64,000 nucleotides of DNA from Escherichia coli (GCF_011045215.1 NZ_CP049201.1); one strand, 5' to 3'. Positions 34,351 through 47,545 are shown, counted from the stretch's first letter. The notes: a model not told the origin generated them from the sequence alone. Numbers and translations are program-made.

Positions 34351-35736
34351 ATGGCAGATAACAAACCAGAGCTACAGCGTGGGCTGGAAGCTCGACATAT
34401 CGAACTCATCGCCCTGGGGGGCACCATTGGCGTCGGCCTGTTTATGGGGGCCGCCAGTACCCTGAAATGGGCCGGGCCATCCGTATTGTTGGCCTATATC
34501 ATCGCCGGGCTGTTCGTCTTTTTCATCATGCGTTCAATGGGCGAAATGTTGTTCCTCGAACCGGTTACCGGTTCGTTCGCCGTTTATGCGCATCGTTATA
34601 TGAGCCCGTTTTTTGGTTATCTCACCGCCTGGTCTTACTGGTTTATGTGGATGGCCGTGGGGATCTCAGAAATCACCGCCATTGGCGTTTATGTCCAGTT
34701 CTGGTTCCCGGAGATGGCGCAGTGGATACCCGCATTGATCGCAGTGGCGCTGGTGGCGTTGGCGAATCTGGCGGCGGTGCGGTTGTACGGCGAAATCGAG
34801 TTCTGGTTCGCGATGATCAAAGTCACCACGATTATCGTGATGATTGTCATTGGCCTGGGCGTGATTTTCTTTGGCTTTGGCAATGGTGGGCAGTCGATTG
34901 GTTTTAGCAATCTCACAGAGCATGGCGGTTTCTTTGCGGGTGGCTGGAAAGGGTTCCTGACCGCGCTGTGTATTGTGGTGGCGTCCTACCAGGGCGTGGA
35001 GCTGATTGGCATTACTGCCGGTGAAGCGAAGAATCCGCAGGTGACACTGCGCAGTGCCGTAGGCAAGGTGCTGTGGCGGATCCTGATTTTCTACGTAGGC
35101 GCGATTTTCGTTATCGTCACCATCTTCCCGTGGAATGAAATTGGCAGCAACGGCAGCCCGTTCGTACTGACTTTTGCCAAAATCGGTATTACCGCAGCGG
35201 CGGGCATTATCAACTTTGTGGTGCTGACGGCTGCGCTCTCTGGCTGTAACAGCGGCATGTACAGTTGCGGACGTATGCTCTACGCACTGGCGAAAAACCG
35301 TCAGTTACCGGCGGCAATGGCAAAAGTTTCCCGTCACGGCGTACCGGTTGCGGGTGTGGCAGTATCTATTGCTATTCTGCTAATTGGCTCATGCCTGAAC
35401 TACATCATTCCCAATCCGCAGCGTGTGTTTGTCTACGTCTACAGTGCCAGCGTGCTTCCGGGGATGGTGCCATGGTTTGTGATATTGATAAGCCAGCTGC
35501 GTTTTCGGCGTGCACATAAAGCGGCGATTGCCAGCCATCCGTTCCGCTCAATCCTGTTCCCGTGGGCCAACTACGTAACAATGGCATTCCTGATTTGCGT
35601 TTTGATCGGCATGTACTTTAATGAAGATACGCGTATGTCGCTGTTTGTTGGCATCATCTTTATGCTGGCGGTGACGGCGATTTATAAAGTTTTTGGCCTT
35701 AATCGCCACGGGAAAGCGCATAAACTGGAGGAATAA
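34351..35736 (+). CDS. yifK: Amino acid permease (APC family)
   Basis: 461 aa, 12-TM amino-acid transporter features, conserved position. Confidence 0.9.
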
Positions 35737-35838
35737 GCAGCAAAACGCACAAACCGTAACCAAACGCGCAATTTATTTAAAAAGGGACTAGACAGAGGGG
35801 TGGGAAGTCCGTATTATCCACCCCCGCAACGGCGCTAA

Positions 35839-35915
<77 letters not shown>

Positions 35916-35972
35916 TTTAGTCCCGGCGCTTGAGCTGCGGTGGTAGTAATACCGCGTAACAAGATTTGTAGT

Positions 35973-36049
35973 GGTGGCTATAGCTCAGTTGGTAGAGCCC
36001 TGGATTGTGATTCCAGTTGTCGTGGGTTCGAATCCCATTAGCCACCCCA
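35973..36049 (+). tRNA. hisR: tRNA-His (anticodon GUG)
   Basis: Extra 5' G, anticodon loop TTGTGAT, ends CCA. Confidence 0.95.
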
Positions 36050-36069
36050 TTATTAGAAGTTGTGACAAT

Positions 36070-36156
36070 GCGAAGGTGGCGGAATTGGTAGACGCGCTAG
36101 CTTCAGGTGTTAGTGTCCTTACGGACGTGGGGGTTCAAGTCCCCCCCCTCGCACCA
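36070..36156 (+). tRNA. leuT: tRNA-Leu (anticodon CAG)
   Basis: 87 nt with long variable arm, anticodon CAG, ends CCA. Confidence 0.95.
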
Positions 36157-36198
36157 CGACTTTAAAGAATTGAACTAAAAATTCAAAAAGCAGTATTT

Positions 36199-36275
36199 CG
36201 GCGAGTAGCGCAGCTTGGTAGCGCAACTGGTTTGGGACCAGTGGGTCGGAGGTTCGAATCCTCTCTCGCCGACCA
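36199..36275 (+). tRNA. proM: tRNA-Pro (anticodon UGG)
   Basis: 77 nt, anticodon loop TTTGGGA, ends CCA. Confidence 0.95.
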
Positions 36276-36280
36276 ATTTT

Positions 36281-36310
36281 GAACCCCGCTTCGGCGGGGT
36301 TTTTTGTTTT
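36281..36310 (+). terminator. Rho-independent terminator of the tRNA operon
   Basis: GAACCCCGCTTCGGCGGGGTTTTTTGTTTT hairpin plus T-run. Confidence 0.75.
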
Positions 36311-36422
36311 CTGTGCATTCCATCACTTTCCCTTCGCAACAAACGCCCGTGGTAACGCCCTGTCGCGCGGTATGATTTCGCCTTCAAACTCATTGAAGGA
36401 CGACTTCAGGCAAGGAGCGACC

Positions 36423-37658
36423 ATGCTGCAACAGGTTCCAACGCGTGCTTTTCATGTGATGGCGAAACCGAGCGGTTCCGATTGTAATCTGAACTGTGAC
36501 TACTGTTTTTATCTAGAAAAACAATCCCTTTACTGCGAAAAGCCAGTCACGCATATGGACGATGACACGCTGGAAGCGTATATCCGTCACTATATCGCCG
36601 CCAGCGAAATGCAAAACGAAGTGGCTTTTACCTGGCAGGGCGGCGAACCAACGCTACTTGGGCTGGAGTTTTACCGCCGTGCCGTGGCGCTACAGGCGAA
36701 ATATGGTGCTGGCAGGAAGATAAGTAACAGCTTCCAGACTAACGGCGTGCTGCTCGATGACGAATGGTGTGCATTTCTGGCAGAAAATCATTTTCTTGTT
36801 GGGTTATCGCTGGATGGTCCGGCTGAGATCCACAATCAATATCGCGTGACCAAAGGCGGCAGACCCACGCATAAACTGGTGATGCGTGCCCTGACGCTCC
36901 TGCAAAAACATCATGTCGACTATAACGTGCTGGTCTGCGTCAACCGCACCAGCGCGCAGCAACCGTTGCAGGTATATGATTTTTTGTGCGATGCGGGAGT
37001 CGAATTTATCCAGTTTATTCCGGTGGTCGAGCGCCTGGCTGATGAAACGGCTGCTCATGCTGGACTTAAGTTACATGCGCCTGGCGATATTCAGGGTGAG
37101 CTAACGGAATGGTCGGTGCGCCCCGATGAATTTGGTGAATTTCTGGTGGCGATTTTCGACCACTGGATCAAACGCGACGTCGGCAAGATTTTCGTGATGA
37201 ATATCGAATGGGCGTTTGCCAATTTTGTCGGTGTGCCGGGTGCGGTTTACCATCATCAGCCAACCTGTGGGCGCTCGGTGGTTGTTGAGCACAACGGCGA
37301 CGTTTACGCCTGCGATCACTATGTTTATCCGCAATATCGGCTGGGGAATATGCACCAGCAAACAATTGCAGAAATGATCGATTCCCCGCAACAGCAGGTG
37401 TTTGGTGAAGATAAATTTAAGCAGTTACCGGCGCAGTGTCGCAGTTGTAACGTGTTAAAAGCATGTTGGGGAGGCTGCCCGAAACACCGCTTCATGCTCG
37501 ATGCTAGCGGTAAACCGGGGCTGAATTATTTGTGTGCCGGATATCAGCGTTATTTCCGCCATCTACCGCCATATCTTAAAGCTATGGCTGATTTGCTAGC
37601 GCACGGTCGCCCGGCCAGCGACATTATGCAGGCGCATTTGCTGGTGGTGAGTAAGTAA
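36423..37658 (+). CDS. aslB: Anaerobic sulfatase-maturating enzyme homolog (radical SAM)
   Basis: 411 aa starting MLQQVPTRAFHVMAKPSGSDCNLNCDYCFY (CxxxCxxC radical-SAM motif). Confidence 0.9.
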   Translation: MLQQVPTRAFHVMAKPSGSDCNLNCDYCFYLEKQSLYCEKPVTHMDDDTLEAYIRHYIAASEMQNEVAFTWQGGEPTLLGLEFYRRAVALQAKYGAGRKISNSFQTNGVLLDDEWCAFLAENHFLVGLSLDGPAEIHNQYRVTKGGRPTHKLVMRALTLLQKHHVDYNVLVCVNRTSAQQPLQVYDFLCDAGVEFIQFIPVVERLADETAAHAGLKLHAPGDIQGELTEWSVRPDEFGEFLVAIFDHWIKRDVGKIFVMNIEWAFANFVGVPGAVYHHQPTCGRSVVVEHNGDVYACDHYVYPQYRLGNMHQQTIAEMIDSPQQQVFGEDKFKQLPAQCRSCNVLKACWGGCPKHRFMLDASGKPGLNYLCAGYQRYFRHLPPYLKAMADLLAHGRPASDIMQAHLLVVSK

Positions 37659-37689
37659 AAAAGCGGTCATTTGGAGGCCGCCTGCGGTT

Positions 37690-37800
<111 letters not shown>

Positions 37801-37825
37801 GGCAGATCTCAGCGATAGCGCCGGC

Positions 37826-39481
37826 TTAATCAGATTTAATCTGCGCGCGTGGTGGATATTTTTTCAGGATCTCCATATACGCGTGCATTTCGGTCTGTAG
37901 CGGTACACCCATCGGAATATGGCGCACGCCGATGGAGTCGCTTTCCTGCGGATCGGTGTAGAGGTTAAACACCGACGATCCCGCCGTTTGCATTACTGTG
38001 CCGGTGAATCCACCCTGATATCCGCTCTGGGTATAAGCGTAAGGTTGCTGAATCAGGACGTGATACTTGAACTCATCCATACGCACAGCAGCGAGTTTAC
38101 CGTTGAGGAAGTAGTGCTCGGCCTTACGGTTAGACTGACCATTTGTTCCCAGGAAGAAAGATGTCTGGTCCACACCATCGATAAAGGTGGTTTTCGGCAC
38201 TAAATTCGCCACTTTCGCGCCAGGATGCCCTGCCAGATCCAGCGCGGTAGGGAAGAGATCTGCCAGATCGACAATACCGTCAGATTTACGCGGTTGGATC
38301 ATCCCTTTCCAGTACACGAAAGTCGGAACGCGAACGCCGCCTTCCCAGGTAGATCCTTTCGCACCACGGAACGGTGTGCGTCCGTGCGGCGGTACTTCGG
38401 CTTCCGGTCCGTTATCGGAGGTAAAGACAATCAGCGTGTTATCAAGCTGACCGTTTTTCTCCAGTGCTTTATACAGATTAGCGAACACATCGTTCATTTC
38501 CACCATGCAGTCGCCATACGAGGTGCGTGCCGGAGAGCTACCCGCATATTTGGCGTTCGGGTAGTTATCGAAGTGACACCCGCGAGTGCCGTAATAGAGG
38601 AAGAAAGGCTTATCACTCTTCGCCATCTTGTCGAGGAACTTAACGCCATATTCCATCCAGCGTTGATCCAGATCTTCCATATATTTCGGCGTAATGTCGG
38701 CAATGGCCTGTTGTTCGCCGCCGCGCACCGCATGAACGTCATCTTTGCTAAATGGTAATTGCTTGATGTATTCAGAACGGTCCGGACTCAGGGCCACTTC
38801 CGGGTTTACGTGAACATCGCGCCATTCGGTGTACATATCAGACACCGAGTTAAAGCCACGGAAATCATCAAAGCCAACGTTCTGCGGCTGCGACTCTTTG
38901 TTTTCCCCCATATGCCATTTCCCGATGGCCTGGGTGACGTAGCCCTGATCGTGCAGCAGTTGCGGCAGCGTGGTTAACCCTTGCAGCCCGCCCGGTTGCC
39001 CGTACATTGGCGGCATCAGAATGCCGTGGTGGATGGAGTATTGTCCGGTGAGAATGGTGGCGCGGGTTGGGGAAGAGCTTGGTTGAGAATACGCCGAAGT
39101 TAAAATCAGCCCCTGACTGGCAACGGCGTCGATATCTGGTGTAGGGTTACCCACCGCCACGCCGCCACCGTTAAAACCGACGTCCATCCAGCCCACATCG
39201 TCCAGCAAGAAAACAACCACATTCGGTTTCTTACCGGTTTTTTTCTCAAGTTCTGCCAGCTTCTGCTGGGTTTCTTTATCCTGCGCCGGATGCTGCATTA
39301 CTGGCATCATGTTGTCGGCAATAGTGGTCGCCGGTTTAACCAGATACTGGTTTGGGTGATCGTATCCGGCAAAGCCTTTGCGTGCGGTGGCAGTTGACGG
39401 GGTATCTGCTGCGCTGGCCATGAGAGGAAGAGCGGCGGCGACAGCAACAACAAGAAGTTTGGGTGAAAACGAAAATTCCAT
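37826..39481 (-). CDS. aslA: Arylsulfatase
   Basis: 551 aa with signal peptide and sulfatase features, conserved position. Confidence 0.9.
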   Translation of the reverse strand: MEFSFSPKLLVVAVAAALPLMASAADTPSTATARKGFAGYDHPNQYLVKPATTIADNMMPVMQHPAQDKETQQKLAELEKKTGKKPNVVVFLLDDVGWMDVGFNGGGVAVGNPTPDIDAVASQGLILTSAYSQPSSSPTRATILTGQYSIHHGILMPPMYGQPGGLQGLTTLPQLLHDQGYVTQAIGKWHMGENKESQPQNVGFDDFRGFNSVSDMYTEWRDVHVNPEVALSPDRSEYIKQLPFSKDDVHAVRGGEQQAIADITPKYMEDLDQRWMEYGVKFLDKMAKSDKPFFLYYGTRGCHFDNYPNAKYAGSSPARTSYGDCMVEMNDVFANLYKALEKNGQLDNTLIVFTSDNGPEAEVPPHGRTPFRGAKGSTWEGGVRVPTFVYWKGMIQPRKSDGIVDLADLFPTALDLAGHPGAKVANLVPKTTFIDGVDQTSFFLGTNGQSNRKAEHYFLNGKLAAVRMDEFKYHVLIQQPYAYTQSGYQGGFTGTVMQTAGSSVFNLYTDPQESDSIGVRHIPMGVPLQTEMHAYMEILKKYPPRAQIKSD

Positions 39482-39905
39482 GCAAAATGCTCCGGTTTCA
39501 TGTCAACAAAATGATGACGTAATTAAGCATTGATAATTGAGATCCCTCTCCCTGACAGGATGATTACATAAATAATAGTGATAAAAATAAATTATTTATT
39601 TATCCAAGAAATGAATTTAAAAATCAGGAGAGCGTTTTCAATCCTACCTCTGGCGCAGTTGATATGTAAGGCAGGTTTATTATATCGCGTTGATTATTGA
39701 TGCTGTTTTTAGTTTTAACGGCAATTAATATATGTGTTATTAATTGAATGAATTTTATCATTCATAATAAGTATGTGTAGAATCAAGCTCAGGGTAAATA
39801 TTCACTCAGAAAGTTATTACTCAGGAAGCCAAGAGGATTACAGAATTATCTCATAACAAGTGTTAAGGGATGTTATTTCCCGATTCTCTGTGGCATAATA
39901 AACGA

Positions 39906-40113
39906 GTAGATGCTCATTCCATCTCTTATGTTCGCCTTAGTGCCTCATAAACTCCGGAATGACGCAGAGCCGTTTACGGTGCTTATCGTCCACTGACAGA
40001 TGTCGCTTATGCCTCATCAGACACCATGGACACAACGTTGAGTGAAGCACCCACTTGTTGTCATACAGACCTGTTTTAACGCCTGCTCCGTAATAAGAGC
40101 AGGCGTTTTTTTA
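39906..40113 (+). ncRNA. glmZ: GlmZ small RNA
   Basis: Sequence GTAGATGCTCATTCCATCTCTTATGTTCGCC...CGCCTGCTCCGTAATAAGAGCAGGCGTTTTTTT matches my recollection of E. coli glmZ including its terminator; location between aslA and hemY is as expected. Confidence 0.85.
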
Positions 40114-40159
40114 TGTGTCAGGAAGGCCCCGGAGGTGCTTGCCTCCGGGTGAGAAGGAA

Positions 40160-41356
40160 CTACTGTGGTGGGTTGTTCTGCAACGTTAACATCAAACCGT
40201 CGCGACGCATCGCTGCAGCTTCTTCTGGTTTGTGCAGTCTGTCCAGCGCGTCGGCAAGCCATGCGTAATCGTAGGCGTCCGGACGTTGTTTCAGCGCTGC
40301 GCGGAAGGCGAGCGATGCTTCCTGCCATTCGCCGTGCTTCATCAGTGACTGACCCAGTGTGCTCCACAACAGCGGGCGATCGCCGACGTTTTTGATTTGC
40401 TGGCGCAGCACTTTTTCAAGCTGTTCAGGGTTATTGGTTTTCAGACGCGGGATCGGCAGCAGTAGGCGATCGTCATACTGGCGTTTCAGGCCGTCGATGA
40501 TAATTTGCTGGGCAGTATCATGATCGTCACATTCAATAAGATGTTCCGCCATTGCCACCTGCAACGCTACCTGATGACGCGTTTTCCGGCTTTGGTTTTT
40601 CCACCAGTTACGCAAACCTTCGCTACCGTTATCGGCACGCGCCTGATCCATCAGGCCAATCCATGCCTGTTGTTCCAGCATTGCACGATGTTCTTCATCA
40701 CCAACATGGGCTTTCGCCATTGATGGGATAATATCCAGCAGCGAACTCCATGCACCTGTGCGGATATACGCCTGTTCCGCCAGACGTAATACTTCCGGAT
40801 GGCGTGGCGTAACTTCCAGCAGCTTATCCACGCCGTGGCGTGCAGCATGGTTTTCATTACGGGCCAGTTGCAGACGTACACGGGTGATTTCTACCGGAAT
40901 GGTGTCATTGCCGGCCAGCTCCGCTGCGCGTTCCAGATGTTGGTTGGCGCGCGCTTCATCACCACGTTGTTGCGCGGCTTCGGCAGCCAGTAGATAGTTC
41001 ACCACCGGTTGTTCAGCGTGATCGGCATTTTTCGCCATCAGCTTTTCAACTTGCTGATAATCGCCTTCCGCCAGTTTCAGCAGCGCCTGTTCGGTCTGCT
41101 TACGTGCACGGCGACGCTTACGCCCGACAAACCACCCACGGGTGTGCGCGCCAGTGCGGAAGATCCACCGCAGTAGCCACTCAATGGCAAACAGCACTAC
41201 CATCGCCAGAATCAATATGATCGCCAGGCCCGTGACGCTGGTTTCGATATTGTAGTTGTCGGTCTGGATCAGCACATAACCCTGATGACCGGCAATCATC
41301 GGGCCAACCACGATCCCCGCAATCAGCAACACAAAGAGCAATAACACTTTTAGCAT
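40160..41356 (-). CDS. hemY: HemY protein (TPR-containing membrane protein)
   Basis: 398 aa, N-terminal TM segments, conserved position. Confidence 0.9.
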   Translation of the reverse strand: MLKVLLLFVLLIAGIVVGPMIAGHQGYVLIQTDNYNIETSVTGLAIILILAMVVLFAIEWLLRWIFRTGAHTRGWFVGRKRRRARKQTEQALLKLAEGDYQQVEKLMAKNADHAEQPVVNYLLAAEAAQQRGDEARANQHLERAAELAGNDTIPVEITRVRLQLARNENHAARHGVDKLLEVTPRHPEVLRLAEQAYIRTGAWSSLLDIIPSMAKAHVGDEEHRAMLEQQAWIGLMDQARADNGSEGLRNWWKNQSRKTRHQVALQVAMAEHLIECDDHDTAQQIIIDGLKRQYDDRLLLPIPRLKTNNPEQLEKVLRQQIKNVGDRPLLWSTLGQSLMKHGEWQEASLAFRAALKQRPDAYDYAWLADALDRLHKPEEAAAMRRDGLMLTLQNNPPQ

Positions 41357-41358
41357 GG

Positions 41359-42552
41359 TTATTCTCCTTGCGGCGCGGCTGCCGGAGTATCAGCTTGCGG
41401 TGCAGCTTGCGGTGCAGGTGCAGGTTTAGCTTCCGTTGTCCCCGCTGCCGGTTGTGCCAGCAGGTTACGCACGCGAGTCTGCATCAGTTTTTCCAGCATC
41501 GCCTGGCTTTGCAGGGTTTCCGGAAGATCCATCGAGATATTTTGCTGGCTTAACTGGTCCACCTCGTCGAGGAACGCTTTGGTGGTGGCATCATCAGTAT
41601 CGTAGTAAGCACGTACCCAGGTGGAGACGTTCTCCAGCGCCTGGCGATAAGTCTCTTGCTGGTGACGCGGTACAGCTTGTGCTGCGACCAGCAGGCGAGA
41701 GCGAATATTTTCGCGCAGATAGATATCCTGATTTGGCGCTAACAGCGGTACGGCGGTGTCATCACGACGGCGAATCGTAATGAAGTTGTCCATAAAGTTC
41801 TGCCAGCTTTTTTGCAGATTGATACGCCATTCGCTGATGGAACTGGAAAGCTCTTCACCGTCGGAATCCATCGGCGAACCATCGCTGTCATTATCGGCCA
41901 GACGCAGGTTATCTACCTGATTTGAAAGCTGATTAAGCTTAAGGATGATGCCGTCATAATCCACCTGCGATACTGCAGAAAGGCTGGCGATATCATCGGT
42001 AATTGCCCGACGAACGGTAATCAGACTCGGGTCATTCATATCCGCCAGGCTGGCATCTGCACTTTTCAGCAACGCTGCAGCGGTCGTGACGTCCTGATCG
42101 CTCCACAGCTTCCGTCCGGCGAGTTTCACCAGAAAATCGGCCTGAGCCAGCAGCCAGGTTTTAGCATCGCTGCCGGAAATGGTGGCGACCTTTTGTTGGA
42201 CTTCATCCAACTGTTTTGCCAGCGTTTCTTGCTGACGATTCGCCTGCTTAAGCTGTGCAGCTTGTTGCTTAATAATGCCTTCCAGCTCGGCTTTTTGGCT
42301 CTCCTGGGCTTTTTGCAATGCCGTCAGTTGGTTAGCCAGGGCATCGCTGGTGGCGGTCTGATTGACGGCCTGTTGTTTACCCCAGCCATACAAACCGACG
42401 CCCGCCGCCAGAGCAATAGCGATAGCCACCGCGCTGAGAATCAATGCGGTATTGTTCTTACTCTTTTTTTCTGTTGCGACAGGTTGTGACGTGGTGTCCA
42501 CGGCCTCCCTGGTCTCTTCAACCACGGCGGAGGTTTTTTCTTGTTCCGTCAT
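41359..42552 (-). CDS. hemX: HemX protein
   Basis: 397 aa, Gln/Ala-rich coiled-coil region, conserved position. Confidence 0.9.
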   Translation of the reverse strand: MTEQEKTSAVVEETREAVDTTSQPVATEKKSKNNTALILSAVAIAIALAAGVGLYGWGKQQAVNQTATSDALANQLTALQKAQESQKAELEGIIKQQAAQLKQANRQQETLAKQLDEVQQKVATISGSDAKTWLLAQADFLVKLAGRKLWSDQDVTTAAALLKSADASLADMNDPSLITVRRAITDDIASLSAVSQVDYDGIILKLNQLSNQVDNLRLADNDSDGSPMDSDGEELSSSISEWRINLQKSWQNFMDNFITIRRRDDTAVPLLAPNQDIYLRENIRSRLLVAAQAVPRHQQETYRQALENVSTWVRAYYDTDDATTKAFLDEVDQLSQQNISMDLPETLQSQAMLEKLMQTRVRNLLAQPAAGTTEAKPAPAPQAAPQADTPAAAPQGE

Positions 42553-42573
42553 TATGGCTTCCTGTTATGAGAG

Positions 42574-43314
42574 TTATTGTAATGCCCGTAAAAGCGCATC
42601 GTTGTCAGCGTTATCGGCGACCTTAATGTCTTGCCAGCCCAGTTCCCGGGCGAGTTTCGCCAAACGCTCACTGACGACCAATAGTCGACAGTGTAGTAAC
42701 CAGTGCTCACGATACCATTGTGGGATCAGCGACCAGAGTTGCTGCAACATTTCACCGCTGGTAACAACGACCGTCGTCACCTCGCGGGATTGCCAGCGCA
42801 TCGCTTCTTCTGCACCATCGTAATGGATTGCGCATCGTTGATAACATTCACAAAAAGTGACCTCAGCACCGCGCGCCGTCAGGGTATCCCCAATTAGCTC
42901 ACGACCGCCATTGCCACGTAATATCAGCGCACGTTTGCCCGCAATATTTTGTAATTCAGGTAATTGTAGCAAGACTTCGCTGATTTCCCGATCCTGCGGG
43001 TAGAGAATCTTCTGTCCGCTTACGGTATATAGTGCCAGTGCGGTGGTGCGTCCAATGGCGAAATAATTAGGTAGTCGGGGCCATTTACGATCTTGCTGAT
43101 GTAGCTGTGATTGGGCAAAAGCAACCGCGTGTTGCGAGAGGGCAAACAACAGATCGCTCTCCCCCAGCGCTGCCAGTTGATCAGCAAGTTGCGGTAATTG
43201 TTGACCCGGAGAAAACTCAATCAGCGGAAAATGCCAGGCCACCTGCCCCAGTGTGCGCAGACGGCTCACTAACTCTTCTCCAGCGGGAGACGGGCGGGTG
43301 ACCAGGATACTCAT
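42574..43314 (-). CDS. hemD: Uroporphyrinogen-III synthase
   Basis: 246 aa, [20 protein letters not shown]. Confidence 0.9.
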
Positions 43315-44252
43315 GCCGGGGCGTCTCCGTTATAGACTTCAGCGAGGATCTCGCGCGCGCCGTTATTCAGTAGCTCTTCTGCCAGCGAAATCCCCATTTG
43401 TTCGGCATCTTGCGGCGCACCGCGGCGTTCACCGCGAATAATCTGCGAGCCGTCCGGCGCGCCGACCAGCGCACGCAGCCAGATTTCGCCATCAATAAGC
43501 TCGGCGTAGCTACCAATTGGCACCTGACATCCACCTTCGAGACGGGTATTCATGGCGCGTTCTGCGGTAACGCGCAGTGCAGTTTCGTGGTGATTCAGCG
43601 CGGCAAGCAGCTCGCGAGTGCGTGTATCATCAAGGCGGCATTCAATACCGACTGCACCTTGTCCTACCGCCGGAAGAGAAATCTCGGGTGGCAACGCGGC
43701 GCGAATGCGGGACTCCAGACCTAAACGTTTTAGTCCGGCTACGGCAAGAATGATGGCATCGTATTCGCCGTTATCCAGTTTGCTCAGGCGAGTGCCGACG
43801 TTGCCGCGCAGGGAGCGGATAATCAGATCCGGGCGGCGTTCAGCCAGTTGGCACTGGCGACGTAAACTGGACGTCCCGACGATACTGCCTGCCGGTAACG
43901 CATCCAGACTGTCATAGTTATTGGACACAAAGGCATCGCGAGGATCTTCACGCTCACAAATAGTGACCAGTCCCAGACCTTGCGGGAATTCAACCGGCAC
44001 ATCTTTCATTGAGTGTACGGCGATATCGGCGCGATTTTCGAGGAGCGCGACTTCCAGCTCTTTTACAAATAAGCCTTTTCCGCCTACTTTCGCCAGCGGC
44101 GTATCAAGAATCACATCGCCGCGCGTCACCATCGGTACCAGTTCAACGACCAGGCCCGGATGGCTCGCCATCAACTTGTCTTTGACATAGTGTGCCTGCC
44201 AGAGTGCAAGTGGGCTTTGGCGTGTGGCAATTCTTAAAACATTGTCTAACAT
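43311..44252 (-). CDS. hemC: Porphobilinogen deaminase (hydroxymethylbilane synthase)
   Basis: 313 aa starting [23 protein letters not shown]. Confidence 0.9.
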
Positions 44253-44638
44253 GCTTGTTACCGTCATTATCATCCGTGGTCCATCCTAACATCCTTGCCA
44301 GAGTGATGTCAGTGTTGTGGTGAAACGTAGACGCCTGCGCAAACCGTAAAATGAGGTCTGGCAGTGGATCCTGACAGGCGTTTCACGCCGTCGTAATAAG
44401 GAATTTACAGAGAATAAACGGTGCTACACTTGTATGTAGCGCATCTTTCTTTACGGTCAATCAGCAAGGTGTTAAATTGATCACGTTTTAGACCATTTTT
44501 TCGTCGTGAAACTAAAAAAACCAGGCGCGAAAAGTGGTAACGGTTACCTTTGACATACGAAATATCCCGAATGCCGCGTGTTACCGTTGATGTTGGCGGA
44601 ATCACAGTCATGACGGGTAGCAAATCAGGCGATACGTC

Positions 44639-47185
44639 TTGTACCTCTATATTGAGACTCTGAAACAGAGACTGGATGCCATAAATCAATTGCGTGTGGA
44701 TCGCGCGCTTGCTGCTATGGGGCCTGCATTCCAACAGGTCTACAGTCTACTGCCGACATTGTTGCACTATCACCATCCGCTAATGCCGGGTTACCTTGAT
44801 GGTAACGTTCCCAAAGGCATTTGCCTTTACACGCCTGATGAAACTCAACGCCACTACCTGAACGAGCTTGAACTGTATCGTGGAATGTCAGTACAGGACC
44901 CGCCGAAAGGTGAGCTTCCAATTACTGGTGTATACACCATGGGCAGCACCTCGTCCGTAGGGCAAAGTTGTTCCTCTGACCTGGATATCTGGGTCTGTCA
45001 TCAATCCTGGCTCGATAGCGAAGAGCGCCAGTTGCTACAACGTAAATGTAGTCTGCTGGAAAGCTGGGCCGCCTCGCTGGGTGTGGAAGTCAGCTTCTTC
45101 CTGATTGATGAAAACCGTTTCCGTCATAATGAAAGTGGCAGTCTGGGGGGCGAAGATTGTGGCTCCACCCAGCATATACTGTTGCTTGACGAATTTTATC
45201 GTACCGCCGTGCGTCTCGCCGGTAAGCGTATTCTGTGGAATATGGTGCCGTGCGACGAAGAAGAGCATTACGACGACTATGTGATGACGCTTTACGCGCA
45301 GGGCGTGCTGACGCCTAATGAATGGCTGGATCTCGGTGGCTTAAGCTCGCTTTCTGCTGAAGAGTACTTTGGTGCCAGCCTTTGGCAGCTCTACAAGAGT
45401 ATCGATTCCCCATACAAAGCGGTGCTGAAAACACTGCTGCTGGAAGCCTATTCCTGGGAATACCCGAACCCACGTCTGCTGGCGAAAGATATCAAACAGC
45501 GTTTGCACGATGGCGAGATTGTATCGTTTGGCCTCGATCCATACTGCATGATGCTGGAGCGTGTTACTGAATACCTGACGGCGATTGAAGATTTTACCCG
45601 TCTGGATTTAGTACGTCGCTGCTTCTATTTAAAAGTGTGCGAAAAGCTCAGCCGTGAACGCGCCTGCGTAGGCTGGCGTCGCGCAGTGTTGAGCCAGTTA
45701 GTGAGCGAGTGGGGTTGGGACGAAGCTCGTCTGGCAATGCTCGATAACCGTGCTAACTGGAAGATTGATCAGGTGCGTGAGGCGCACAACGAGCTGCTCG
45801 ACGCGATGATGCAGAGCTACCGTAATCTGATCCGCTTTGCGCGTCGCAATAACCTTAGCGTCTCCGCCAGTCCGCAGGATATCGGCGTACTGACGCGTAA
45901 ACTGTATGCCGCGTTTGAAGCATTGCCAGGTAAAGTGACGCTGGTAAACCCGCAGATTTCGCCCGATCTCTCGGAACCGAATCTGACCTTTATTTATGTG
46001 CCGCCGGGCCGTGCTAACCGTTCAGGTTGGTATCTGTATAACCGCGCGCCAAATATTGAGTCGATCATCAGCCATCAGCCGCTGGAATATAACCGTTACC
46101 TGAATAAACTGGTGGCGTGGGCATGGTTTAACGGCCTGCTGACCTCGCGCACCCGCTTGTATATTAAAGGTAACGGCATTGTCGATTTGCCTAAGTTGCA
46201 GGAGATGGTCGCCGACGTGTCGCACCATTTCCCGCTGCGCTTACCTGCACCGACACCGAAGGCGCTCTACAGCCCGTGTGAGATCCGCCATCTGGCGATT
46301 ATCGTTAATCTGGAATATGACCCGACAGCGGCGTTCCGCAATCAGGTGGTGCATTTCGATTTCCGTAAGCTGGATGTCTTCAGCTTTGGCGAGAATCAAA
46401 ATTGCCTGGTAGGTAGCGTTGACCTGCTGTATCGCAACTCGTGGAATGAAGTGCGTACGCTGCACTTCAACGGCGAGCAATCGATGATCGAAGCCCTGAA
46501 AACTATTCTCGGCAAAATGCATCAGGACGCCGCACCGCCAGATAGCGTGGAAGTCTTCTGTTATAGCCAGCATCTGCGCGGGTTAATCCGTACTCGCGTG
46601 CAGCAACTGGTTTCTGAGTGTATTGAACTGCGTCTTTCCAGCACCCGCCAGGAAACCGGACGCTTCAAGGCGCTGCGCGTTTCTGGTCAAACCTGGGGGT
46701 TGTTCTTCGAACGCCTGAATGTATCGGTACAGAAACTGGAAAACGCCATCGAGTTTTATGGCGCGATTTCGCATAACAAACTGCACGGCCTGTCAGTGCA
46801 GGTTGAAACCAATCACGTCAAATTACCGGCGGTGGTGGACGGCTTTGCCAGCGAAGGGATCATCCAGTTCTTCTTCGAAGAAACGCAAGACGAGAATGGC
46901 TTTAATATCTACATTCTCGACGAAAGCAACCGGGTTGAGGTATATCACCACTGCGAAGGCAGCAAAGAGGAGCTGGTGCGTGACGTCAGTCGCTTCTACT
47001 CGTCATCGCATGACCGTTTTACCTACGGCTCAAGCTTCATCAACTTCAACCTGCCGCAGTTCTATCAGATTGTGAAGGTTGATGGTCGTGAACAGGTGAT
47101 TCCGTTCCGCACAAAATCTATCGGTAACATGCCGCCTGCCAATCAGGATCACGATACGCCGCTATTACAGCAGTATTTTTCGTGA
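44639..47185 (+). CDS. cyaA: Adenylate cyclase (class I)
   Basis: 848 aa starting at TTG ([22 protein letters not shown]), as in E. coli. Confidence 0.9.
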   Translation: MYLYIETLKQRLDAINQLRVDRALAAMGPAFQQVYSLLPTLLHYHHPLMPGYLDGNVPKGICLYTPDETQRHYLNELELYRGMSVQDPPKGELPITGVYTMGSTSSVGQSCSSDLDIWVCHQSWLDSEERQLLQRKCSLLESWAASLGVEVSFFLIDENRFRHNESGSLGGEDCGSTQHILLLDEFYRTAVRLAGKRILWNMVPCDEEEHYDDYVMTLYAQGVLTPNEWLDLGGLSSLSAEEYFGASLWQLYKSIDSPYKAVLKTLLLEAYSWEYPNPRLLAKDIKQRLHDGEIVSFGLDPYCMMLERVTEYLTAIEDFTRLDLVRRCFYLKVCEKLSRERACVGWRRAVLSQLVSEWGWDEARLAMLDNRANWKIDQVREAHNELLDAMMQSYRNLIRFARRNNLSVSASPQDIGVLTRKLYAAFEALPGKVTLVNPQISPDLSEPNLTFIYVPPGRANRSGWYLYNRAPNIESIISHQPLEYNRYLNKLVAWAWFNGLLTSRTRLYIKGNGIVDLPKLQEMVADVSHHFPLRLPAPTPKALYSPCEIRHLAIIVNLEYDPTAAFRNQVVHFDFRKLDVFSFGENQNCLVGSVDLLYRNSWNEVRTLHFNGEQSMIEALKTILGKMHQDAAPPDSVEVFCYSQHLRGLIRTRVQQLVSECIELRLSSTRQETGRFKALRVSGQTWGLFFERLNVSVQKLENAIEFYGAISHNKLHGLSVQVETNHVKLPAVVDGFASEGIIQFFFEETQDENGFNIYILDESNRVEVYHHCEGSKEELVRDVSRFYSSSHDRFTYGSSFINFNLPQFYQIVKVDGREQVIPFRTKSIGNMPPANQDHDTPLLQQYFS

Positions 47186-47224
47186 TGAACGTGCCGGAAA
47201 GCGAGGCTTATCCGGCATGCAATC

Positions 47225-47545
47225 TTAGCGGAAACTGACTGTTTCACCCGCCTGCTGCGTCGCCGCCTGTTCCAGCAAATCCCAGAAGGTTTCGCCGCTG
47301 CGATCGCAAATCCACTCATCGCCTTTCAGATCAAAATGGTAGCCGCCTTGTTTGGTTGCCAGCCATACCTGGTGCAGCGGTTCCTGGCGGTTGATAATGA
47401 TTTTGCTGCCGTTTTCAAAGGTAATGGTCAGCACGCCGCCGTTGATTTCGCAGTCGATATCGCTGTCGCCATCCCAGTCGTCCAGACGCTCTTCAATGGT
47501 CAGCCATAGTTGATCAGCCAGGCGATGAAATTCACTGTCGTTCAT
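47225..47545 (-). CDS. cyaY: Frataxin homolog CyaY
   Basis: 106 aa, [33 protein letters not shown]. Confidence 0.9.

Noticed and set aside
35971-36393. ORF-track entries 35971-36165 (+) and 36175-36393 (-) across the tRNA cluster
   Set aside because: They overlap the tRNA-His, tRNA-Leu and tRNA-Pro genes; artefacts of six-frame translation.
41359-42552. Low-complexity Gln/Ala-rich stretch in hemX as a possible repeat or insertion
   Set aside because: This coiled-coil, compositionally biased region is a normal feature of HemX; the frame is continuous.
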